DNA from: a bacterium
GTDB taxonomy: Bacteria; Patescibacteriota; Patescibacteriia; Buchananbacterales; GWA2-38-13
Length of the DNA: 64,000 nt
Direction of reading: 5' to 3'
Assembly: GCA_030648715.1 (NCBI GenBank)
Contig: JAUSGZ010000017.1
Location: 5,108 to 69,107 of the forward strand
Made by a program: the position numbers and the translations under genes. Of this stretch, positions 47,937 through 54,721 are shown piece after piece (position 1 is the stretch's first letter; every line of letters begins with the position of its first letter). The notes under the pieces are model-generated. The model saw only the letters and a program-made list of their open reading frames with translations. It had not been told where the DNA came from and ran no database searches.

Positions 47937-48088
47937 GTGTTGGTTCAAAGTTGGACATCTGGCCGTGGCGGTGGGGGTGAGATTCTCTGCCTTCGGGAAA
48001 CCACCCGTAGGGTGGGTACCCACAGTACCCTTGCTGGTTCAGCAGTTTTTCCGCCTGCGGCGGATCCGCCGTAATATTTATTTTAGAA

Positions 48089-48175
48089 CGGAGGGGGCGA
48101 GATTCGAACTCGCGAGACCATTCCTGGTCTACTGGTTTTCAAGACCAGCCCTTTCAACCGCTCAGGCACCCCTCC
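48089..48175 (-). tRNA. tRNA-Ser (anticodon TGA), class II with long variable arm
   Basis: GGAGGGGTGCCTGAGCGGTTGAAAGGGCTGGTCTTGAAAACCAGTAGACCAGGAATGGTCTCGCGAGTTCGAATCTCGCCCCCTCCG. Anticodon loop CTTGAAA, variable-arm stem AGACC/GGTCT, T-loop TTCGAAT. Confidence 0.85.
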
Positions 48176-48190
48176 GTTCTAAAATCCTTA

Positions 48191-48325
48191 CCTATGGAGG
48201 CGGACAAGACCAGCGCATTCGTCCACTCTGCCAACCCACCAAAACTAGATGGTGGTTTTTCACCCTTCGGGTGATCCCCCGTAGGGGGACAAGACCGTCC
48301 CGTTCGTCCACTCTGGCACCCCTCC
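48191..48325 (-). other. Two tandem tRNA 5'-half-like fragments (acceptor+D-arm+anticodon-stem-like, no T-arm) separated by two small GC hairpins; probable pseudo-tRNA remnants
   Basis: rc of 48283..48325 is GGAGGGGTGCCAGAGTGGACGAACGGGACGGTCTTGTCCCCC. rc of 48194..48240 is GGTGGGTTGGCAGAGTGGACGAATGCGCTGGTCTTGTCCGCCTCC. Both resemble the 5' half of the adjacent tRNA-Ser. No TTCGAAT T-arm follows either. Confidence 0.4.
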
Positions 48326-48349
48326 GATCGGGCAAGGATGCGACCCTCC

Positions 48350-48670
48350 CTAGCGCGCCACCGAATTCTTGCGGTCCAAAAATCGCGTGACTTGGCCCTC
48401 CAATTTATCCACCGACAGATCGAGTGCTTTATGCAGCGCGTGGCTGGTCGCCTGCGCATACCCTTCATCCCATGACGGCACTCCCAGCTGCAGCGTGACC
48501 TCAAAAGCGTTGTGATGGCGGAAGTAGACGGCGTGCACCTGCAGACTGACGCTGTCGGTCGGGTAGTGCGAAAGCAGTTTCTCAAGCCGGGCTTGCTTCT
48601 GATCCAGATAGGCGCGAAAACCATCTTTCGCATTCTCGGCAACATCCTGGAATGTGACCGTCACCAGCAT
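48350..48670 (-). CDS. hpf: Ribosome hibernation-promoting factor / RaiA-like (ribosomal S30AE family)
   Basis: 106 aa, MLVTVTFQDVAENAKDGFRAYLDQKQARLEKLLSHY...VHAVYFR...FEVTLQL. This is the short HPF/YfiA architecture. Confidence 0.75.
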   Translation of the reverse strand: MLVTVTFQDVAENAKDGFRAYLDQKQARLEKLLSHYPTDSVSLQVHAVYFRHHNAFEVTLQLGVPSWDEGYAQATSHALHKALDLSVDKLEGQVTRFLDRKNSVAR

Positions 48671-48679
48671 AGAAAAGGA

Positions 48680-48766
48680 AAATTAAAATCGGAGAGGGTG
48701 GGATTCGAACCCACGAGGGACTTTCATCCCCAACGCCTTAGCACGGCGCCGCTTTCGACCGCTCAG
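48680..48766 (-). tRNA. tRNA-Ser (anticodon GCT), class II
   Basis: GGAGAGGTGGCTGAGCGGTCGAAAGCGGCGCCGTGCTAAGGCGTTGGGGATGAAAGTCCCTCGTGGGTTCGAATCCCACCCTCTCCG. Anticodon stem GCGCC/GGCGT, loop GTGCTAA, long variable arm, T-loop TTCGAAT. Confidence 0.8.
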
Positions 48767-48867
48767 CCACCTCTCCACAGGCGTACTCCGTCAAGGCACG
48801 ACATCGGTCAATAATTTTTTTTAACCGACCGTGTCATCATACCAGAAATGTCGCCTCCTGTCCAGCC

Positions 48868-49608
48868 TTAGCCGTGCGCCAGGGCCAGGGCAACCACCTC
48901 GTGGGACCCCGCATCCCGCAACGCTTGGGCGCAGGCGCGCATCGTGCTGGCGGTGGTCACCACGTCGTCCACCAGCAGGACTCGGCGCGGCGCCATACCG
49001 CTGACCGAGAACGCTCCCCTGACGTTTTTCAGCCGCGTTCGCTGCGGAAGTCCGACCTGCGGCCGGGTCGCCCGCACGCGGAACAGGACATCCTCACGCA
49101 AAGGCCAGCTGAAATGTTGCGCCACGGGGACGGCGAGCAAGGCCGCCTGCTGGTAGCCGCGCGCCAGGAGTCGACGCCGGTGCAGGGGTACGGGAATGAC
49201 CGCGTCAAATGCTTTTGACCATGCCCCGGCATAACGAAAGTGTTCAAGATGTGCAATGAGCAGTTCCGCCAACGGATCTGCTAAGGCTTGCACCCCGGTG
49301 TACTTCAACGACTCCACAGCCCTCGCCAGGGGGTTCTGCCGATACGGACAAGCGGCAAACAGCTGGGTCAGGGGGCAGGCAGCAACGCACGTAAGGCACG
49401 GACGGCCATCCGTGGACGGCCGCAAACAGCCGGGACAAAACCCGCTCCCACACTGCCGCAGGCCTGACAAACAGGCGGCGCACAGCCAGCTGCCCCGCTC
49501 CGCGCACCCGACGCAATGGGATGGGAACAGCGTTTCCAGAATACGCGCACGGACCTTGGCGGCCCACCTCGATTGCAACACAAATTTTTCTTCCCGAATT
49601 TCGGCCAA
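48868..49608 (-). CDS. comFC: ComF family protein (ComFC/GntX phosphoribosyltransferase-like competence protein)
   Basis: N-terminal 4-Cys Zn motif (CVGCAERGSWLCAAC...CPGC) and a C-terminal PRTase fold with RVLLVDDVVTTASTMRACAQALRDAG. Confidence 0.8.
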   Translation of the reverse strand: MAEIREEKFVLQSRWAAKVRARILETLFPSHCVGCAERGSWLCAACLSGLRQCGSGFCPGCLRPSTDGRPCLTCVAACPLTQLFAACPYRQNPLARAVESLKYTGVQALADPLAELLIAHLEHFRYAGAWSKAFDAVIPVPLHRRRLLARGYQQAALLAVPVAQHFSWPLREDVLFRVRATRPQVGLPQRTRLKNVRGAFSVSGMAPRRVLLVDDVVTTASTMRACAQALRDAGSHEVVALALAHG

Positions 49609-49631
49609 CGTTCAGGGGCAAAACGTCAGGC

Positions 49632-50204
49632 TCACTGCCATGAGGCCCCGTCGACGCGCCAACCTGCGGTATTCTTTACCAGGGTCACCGTCAATTTCTG
49701 GTAAAACTGCTGCCGTCCCCCACCGGTCCGGGTTTCGGAGCGCTGCGTCTGCACCACGACCTGCGCCTCCGTTTCCTCGCTGTTCAGAGCAACGATCTCG
49801 GCCGACAATACTTTGGTCGTAACGCCGTAGAAGCCGTCGCCCAGAAGTACCTGCTGCTGGGCCGAACGCGCGGTAACGGCGAATTGCTCGGTCATCAGCG
49901 GTTGGAGCTGCTGCAAATTCGTGCTCCCGCCGTGCGTGGAAAAACTGCCGAAACGCTCCGCGAAGGTCTTGGCCAGCGCCTCGAGCGTGGCCTGGGTTTT
50001 TGGCTCTTTGGTCACCGGCGGCTCCACGGGTTGGGTCACGGTTCCCCCAACGGGCGGCAGCGTCGTACCGGCCCCAGGCAAGGGTGACACCTGCTCGGGG
50101 CCCAATGGACGCGCCGGACGCGGAGCACGCGCGATGAGCACCAGCGCAAGCACCACCACGAGCGCCAATACGAGAATAACGATTATTTTTGTCCGTTTGG
50201 TCAT
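49632..50204 (-). CDS. Membrane-anchored hypothetical protein, last gene of the VirB4 operon before comFC (possible VirB8-like/accessory component)
   Basis: N-terminal TM KIIVILVLALVVVLALVLIA, Pro-rich linker, ~120-aa globular C-terminal domain. ATGA-type overlap with the VirB4-like stop. Confidence 0.45.
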   Translation of the reverse strand: MTKRTKIIVILVLALVVVLALVLIARAPRPARPLGPEQVSPLPGAGTTLPPVGGTVTQPVEPPVTKEPKTQATLEALAKTFAERFGSFSTHGGSTNLQQLQPLMTEQFAVTARSAQQQVLLGDGFYGVTTKVLSAEIVALNSEETEAQVVVQTQRSETRTGGGRQQFYQKLTVTLVKNTAGWRVDGASWQ

Positions 50205-52168
50205 ACGTTTTCACGTTGATGAGCGGCTGTTTTCCGCTCCTTGGGAGCGCCGGTCTGGTCTTCCATCGACTGCGCGAAGTCCTTTTTGGCCTGCTCGATC
50301 TCCAGCAGCTGCCGCGGGTCCGACGTGATGAGCTGGTCTTCGGCGTACGAAGCGACGACCTTGATGGCCGCGTGCTTGTCACCGGCGAAAAAGATCCCCT
50401 CCCCGACGCCGCACTCCAGCAGCAGGTACTTTTCGCCGTCGGTCAGAACGAATGTTTTGGCGATGAGGTCGATGGATGCGGATGACTGGCGCATCAGCAC
50501 CTGGATGGAACTGTTGGTGACGATCGCCGACCCATACGGCGAAAGCAGGAAATCATTGACGTCCTGGGTGATGGTGGTCACCCCCAGGTAGTACTTGCGG
50601 CAGCGCTTCACGAGGGCATAGATGAACTTTGCCGAGTCCTCATATTGCATCAGCCACCAGGCTTCATCGATGACCATGATGCGGCGCTTCAGCTCGGAGC
50701 GCACGACGTTCCAGATGTAATTGATGATGGTGTAAATCGCGATCGGCCGCAGCTCGTCTTCGAGGTCCCGAACGGAAAAGACCACCAGCTGGTTGTGCAC
50801 GTCGATGTTGGTGGGGCTGTTGAACAAACCGGAGAACGTTCCCTGCGTGTACTTCTGCAGCCGAATGACCAGGTCGCCCGACCCCTCCATACCTTCCAGC
50901 ACCTCTTGGAAATCCTGCATGATCGGTGCTTCCACCGTGGCGAGGTCGGAGTTGGCCGTGATGTCTTTCTTGGCGTAGGTTTCCAGCAGCGCGCGGTCGA
51001 TGAGCGAGTCTTCCTGCGGAGAGAAACCGAGCTTACCCGAATCACCGATAGGCTTGCCCAGCATGATGCGCAGCAGCCCCTTGAGCGTGATGACCGCGCC
51101 GCGGATGATGTCGCCGGCGCGCTGGTCGCCGACGGGCCGCGGGAGGTCGAACGGATTGAGCTTGCTCTCCGAGGACAAAGAAATATTGATGTAGGTGCCG
51201 CCGACCGCGTCGCACAGATGCTGGTACTCGCGCTCGGGGTCGATAATGATGACGTCGGTGCCCAGCATCAGGGACCGCAGAACCTCCAGTTTGATGGTGT
51301 AACTCTTGCCGGCGCCGGAGGTGGCGAACACCACCATGTTCGCGTTCTGCAGGCTAAAACGGTCGAACAGGATCAGGCTGTTGTTGTGGCGGTTGATGCC
51401 ATACAGGACGCCATCATCCGAGGTCAGCTCCGACGAAATGAACGGGAATGAGCTGGCGATGGGCGACGAGTTCATGTTGAATGCGATCATCAGCATATCC
51501 TCACCCAACGGCATCGTCGAGGTGAACCCCTGCTCGGCCTGATAGAGTACCTTGCGCGAGTACACCAGCTTGCTGCCGAACAACGCCTCCACGTCGTCGG
51601 TCAGTCGCTCCAAAATCTTTCGGTCCTCGGCGTAGAGCGTCACGTACAGCCCAAATTGGAAGAAATGCTCGATCCCCTGGGTCAAGTCATCCCGCAGCTG
51701 CTCGATGTCGCGCAATGCCGTCTCGCGGATGGGGTCGCGGGGAGCGCCTTTCTCGCGGTCGGCGAGGATCTGCGCCTCAAGGTTACCGACCCGCTTCTTC
51801 AGCTGCTTGAGAATGACATCCGACCGCACGGGGTAGAAATACATTGAGATATCGAGCGGCAGGTTGAGGTTGATGATGGGCGCGAACCATCCGACCGTGA
51901 TGTACCTGGGGTAGCCGATGACGAACAGCGTCCGCACGAACAGGTCTCCCAGCATCAGGAAGGACGGCTTGACCTGGAAAGCCGCCGGCGCGATCAGGTC
52001 CCGGATGGAAATGAGGCCTTCGCGGTAGACGCGCTCTTCCTCGAGGATGACCTTCTCCTCGGTGATCTGCCGCTGCTCCAGCCGCTTGCGCTCCTCGGCC
52101 GACAGTGTCGGGGTCACGGGCTTCCCCGCCTGTTTTTCCTCGCGCTCGATTTGCTGTGGTTTGAACAT
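50201..52168 (-). CDS. virB4: VirB4/TrbE/ConE-family type IV secretion ATPase
   Basis: Walker A VVFATSGAGKSYTIK, Walker B VIIIDPEREY, C-terminal VMIDEAWWLM. The overall VirB4 (CagE_TrbE_VirB / AAA_10) architecture is present, 655 aa. Confidence 0.85.
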   Translation of the reverse strand: MFKPQQIEREEKQAGKPVTPTLSAEERKRLEQRQITEEKVILEEERVYREGLISIRDLIAPAAFQVKPSFLMLGDLFVRTLFVIGYPRYITVGWFAPIINLNLPLDISMYFYPVRSDVILKQLKKRVGNLEAQILADREKGAPRDPIRETALRDIEQLRDDLTQGIEHFFQFGLYVTLYAEDRKILERLTDDVEALFGSKLVYSRKVLYQAEQGFTSTMPLGEDMLMIAFNMNSSPIASSFPFISSELTSDDGVLYGINRHNNSLILFDRFSLQNANMVVFATSGAGKSYTIKLEVLRSLMLGTDVIIIDPEREYQHLCDAVGGTYINISLSSESKLNPFDLPRPVGDQRAGDIIRGAVITLKGLLRIMLGKPIGDSGKLGFSPQEDSLIDRALLETYAKKDITANSDLATVEAPIMQDFQEVLEGMEGSGDLVIRLQKYTQGTFSGLFNSPTNIDVHNQLVVFSVRDLEDELRPIAIYTIINYIWNVVRSELKRRIMVIDEAWWLMQYEDSAKFIYALVKRCRKYYLGVTTITQDVNDFLLSPYGSAIVTNSSIQVLMRQSSASIDLIAKTFVLTDGEKYLLLECGVGEGIFFAGDKHAAIKVVASYAEDQLITSDPRQLLEIEQAKKDFAQSMEDQTGAPKERKTAAHQRENV

Positions 52169-52272
52169 TGATGTTTGGGGCTAGTACCCGGTGCTCTGTA
52201 CCCAGTGCTCCGTGCGTATCGTCACCGTCGTAACTATACTGAGCACGGTGTACTGAGTACTGAGCACATGCG

Positions 52273-52995
52273 CTAGGGCTCGACCTGCAGTTGGTTAAGA
52301 TCGGCGAGCTTCTGCCGCTCGGATGCGCCGGGGTTGTAGGTGTTGTAGTACAGCTCAATCAGCCCCTGGGTGTCCAAGAGCGCCGCCTTCAACCCGATGC
52401 TGCCGAGCGACGCCACGACATGATCGACCCGCTGCATCAAGTCGCGCCGCCGCTGCAGGAACCGTTCGCGCGACAGCCGCACCGACCCCGCCGCCTTAAA
52501 GACCTCCAGCAGGCGCCTAAACCACCCCTTCTGCTTGTCGGACAGGGGATTGTGCGGCACCACAACGTAGAAGCGCTTGGTCATGATCTCGCCCAGCTCC
52601 ACCAGTTCGGTGACGTAGTTGCGGTACTCGGCAATCTGGAGTTTCAGCAGTTCATTGGTCTGCTCCTTTTCTTTCTGTTCCAGGCGCGTCAAGTAGCCGC
52701 TGATGTTGAGCTTACGCGACTGGATCAGGATCTGGAGCGGAAAATCGATGGCATTCAGGAAATTCACGTACGCCGCGATGATCGCGTTTTGCTCCTCCTC
52801 CGACTTGAGGGAAAAATTGATGCTGGATACCAGCAGCACCGCCCGCAGGGTACCGTCTTTGAGCACCGCGCAGTCCTCTTTGATCTCGGTGATCGGCAGA
52901 TGCCGCTGCGTTGACGGAGTTTTTGCCGCCGAACGCGCCGGCACTCCGGTGGAAGCGGCGCCCTTTGCGGTTGCGGTTTTTTTCAATTTAGCCAT
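52273..52995 (-). CDS. Hypothetical T4SS-associated protein (possibly VirB4 N-terminal-like accessory domain encoded as separate ORF)
   Basis: ITEIKEDCAVLKDGTLRAVLLVSSINFSLKSEEEQNAIIAAYVNFLNAIDFPLQILIQSRKLNI. It sits immediately upstream of the VirB4 ATPase. The start was trimmed to MAKLKK (ATG at 52993..52995) to avoid overlap. Confidence 0.45.
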   Translation of the reverse strand: MAKLKKTATAKGAASTGVPARSAAKTPSTQRHLPITEIKEDCAVLKDGTLRAVLLVSSINFSLKSEEEQNAIIAAYVNFLNAIDFPLQILIQSRKLNISGYLTRLEQKEKEQTNELLKLQIAEYRNYVTELVELGEIMTKRFYVVVPHNPLSDKQKGWFRRLLEVFKAAGSVRLSRERFLQRRRDLMQRVDHVVASLGSIGLKAALLDTQGLIELYYNTYNPGASERQKLADLNQLQVEP

Positions 52996-53008
52996 AGCGA
53001 AGTTCAAC

Positions 53009-53446
53009 TCAATCCTGGGCGGTTTCGCCCTCGTAGACGCCACCGGTATCCACGATCAAGGATAGCTCCACGAGCCGCGAGCTCCCCACCAGGGGCTTGT
53101 GGCGGGGCGGAACGATGGGTTTGGTCGTGATCTCCTTCATGGCCAGCTGGAGCTCGGCCGGCGTCAGCCGCTTGTCCCAGAGCGTGAGGCGCGGCCGCTT
53201 CATGGTTTGGATAAAATTGAGGATGAAATAATGGACCGGACGGCCGTTGATCTTGATGAACGCGAACACGATCGTCAACACCGCGATCACCAGCAGCCAG
53301 AACAGGAACAGGGTGAAGTCGGAGATCTTGTACGCCAGGAACACCATCCCGCCGGACACCAGTAAAATAATGAACTGGCGCACCGTGATGGGGCCGATCA
53401 CCTTGTCTTCCACATCGAGGAATTGCGGAACCACGAACTGCTGCAT
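53009..53446 (-). CDS. Small 2-TM membrane protein, PrgI/VirB3-like first gene of the T4SS-like sub-operon
   Basis: 145 aa with two hydrophobic helices (FIILLVSGGMVFLAYKI; LFLFWLLVIAVLTIVFAFI). It is positioned directly before the VirB4 genes. Confidence 0.5.
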   Translation of the reverse strand: MQQFVVPQFLDVEDKVIGPITVRQFIILLVSGGMVFLAYKISDFTLFLFWLLVIAVLTIVFAFIKINGRPVHYFILNFIQTMKRPRLTLWDKRLTPAELQLAMKEITTKPIVPPRHKPLVGSSRLVELSLIVDTGGVYEGETAQD

Positions 53447-53461
53447 AATGGAACATTTAAC

Positions 53462-53547
53462 ATTTGACCCTTAACCATTGACCGTGATTCGATTGTTCAG
53501 GTCAAATGTCAATTGTCAAAGGTTAATTGTTAACGATTAAAACCTCA
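53462..53547. promoter_or_regulatory. Third copy of the composite heptad element (4 forward nTTnACC heptads + 6 GGTCAAA-type heptads) between the Pro-rich gene and the PrgI-like gene
   Basis: TTTAACA TTTGACC CTTAACC ATTGACC (53462..53489), then GGTCAAA TGTCAAT TGTCAAA GGTTAAT TGTTAAC GATTAAA (53506..53547). Confidence 0.5.
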
Positions 53548-54721
53548 ACGTCCGATTAAAATCAGCAATCGCCTCGAACTCGGCCACGCTCAGGATCGAC
53601 GTTCCGGGGGTTGCATTTGAGCCCAGCATTTCACTGATCGGCCGCTTCTCCGCCATCGCGCGACCAGCGGTCGCCGTGTAAAGGTTGAATACTTCGCAGG
53701 ACCGCCAGGCGGCGATGGCGGCCGCTTTGTGAGCAAAGGATTGCTGTTCAAGCAGGACGATCTTTTCGCGTAAACGATCCGTCGCGCGGCGCGGGTCGGC
53801 ATCCAAACGGCGAAAGTCTTGCAGAGTCATCTGGCCGATCTCTTCCAGGGGGCCAACCAGCTGCGGCCGGTACCGTACTGCCGGCACTTCCTCTGCCATG
53901 GGCTCTGGGGACGGCGTGAACGGTTCCGTTGCTCGAGCTACGGGCGGCAGCATTGCTGGCGGCGCGAGAGGTGGAACAGCGGGCACTGGTTGCGGGAACC
54001 TCGTCGGCACCGGTAATGATGGCGGCTCCAGCGGTACCGCCGACGGGACCGGCGAAACAGCGGCGGAGGGGCGGCTCATCAACGGAGGACGCGTCGGGGG
54101 ACGGACTGGCGGGAGTGGCGGCACCGTCGGAGGAAGAGCGGCGGGCGGTAACGGCTGCAGGGACATGCGCCGCGGCGGCGCGATCGGCGCGGCAGGTACG
54201 GGTGCGGAAGGCGTTAGCGGCGCAACCTCGCTGACGTTGGCCTGCAGCTGGGCGACGGCTTGGTCCTGCTGCCGGCGGCTGGCTTCGCTGAAACGGCGGT
54301 AGTGTCTTTCGATGACCACGGACGACGTTTCGGCCTGCTCGGCCGTGAACCCGAGCCCGCCGACCTTCAGTGGCCGCGCCATTGCCTCGCGGGTTTCAAT
54401 GGCATCCCGCACATCCTTGAACCGCGCCAAGATATGGGTACGCAGACGTTTTTGGAGTACCGGGTCGGGCAACGGCAACGCCAACTCCTTGATGACTTGT
54501 TCAACGAACGATTCCACGGGGGACGATTGGGAGGGAAGCGCCGCAGGCACGGACGCAGGAAGTAACGGCACGGCCGTCGGTACGGCGCTACGCCACGGCT
54601 CCACGATACCGCCGCGCAACACCTTCAGCTGCCCATCGGCGTCCTTAAAGAGTACCTCCTCGCTGCCGGTAAACGGATTGTACACAGCCTCTGGCATGGG
54701 TAACAGGTTCACGGCAACCAC
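53537..54721 (-). CDS. Hypothetical proline-rich protein
   Basis: 394 aa with a central ~130-aa segment of PxxP/PPLPP repeats and a folded C-terminal region. Translationally coupled (13-nt overlap) to the upstream gene. Confidence 0.5.
   Translation of the reverse strand: MVAVNLLPMPEAVYNPFTGSEEVLFKDADGQLKVLRGGIVEPWRSAVPTAVPLLPASVPAALPSQSSPVESFVEQVIKELALPLPDPVLQKRLRTHILARFKDVRDAIETREAMARPLKVGGLGFTAEQAETSSVVIERHYRRFSEASRRQQDQAVAQLQANVSEVAPLTPSAPVPAAPIAPPRRMSLQPLPPAALPPTVPPLPPVRPPTRPPLMSRPSAAVSPVPSAVPLEPPSLPVPTRFPQPVPAVPPLAPPAMLPPVARATEPFTPSPEPMAEEVPAVRYRPQLVGPLEEIGQMTLQDFRRLDADPRRATDRLREKIVLLEQQSFAHKAAAIAAWRSCEVFNLYTATAGRAMAEKRPISEMLGSNATPGTSILSVAEFEAIADFNRTLRF

Noticed and set aside
46974-48023. 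Full 349-aa extent of the low-GC ORF
   Set aside because: The upstream 29 codons lack a start context. It was trimmed to the ATG at 47934..47936, preceding the HAD motif-I LILSDVDET.
48191-48325. Calling the tRNA-like fragments functional tRNA genes (e.g. a third tRNA-Ser or tRNA-Sec)
   Set aside because: No T-arm (GTTCGAATC-like) or 3' acceptor strand follows either fragment, so a cloverleaf cannot be completed by eye.
52273-53043. Using the ORF-track start at 53043 for the 256-aa protein
   Set aside because: That start would overlap the upstream PrgI-like gene by 35 nt. The internal ATG at 52993..52995 (MAKLKK) removes the overlap and is preferred, but it remains uncertain.
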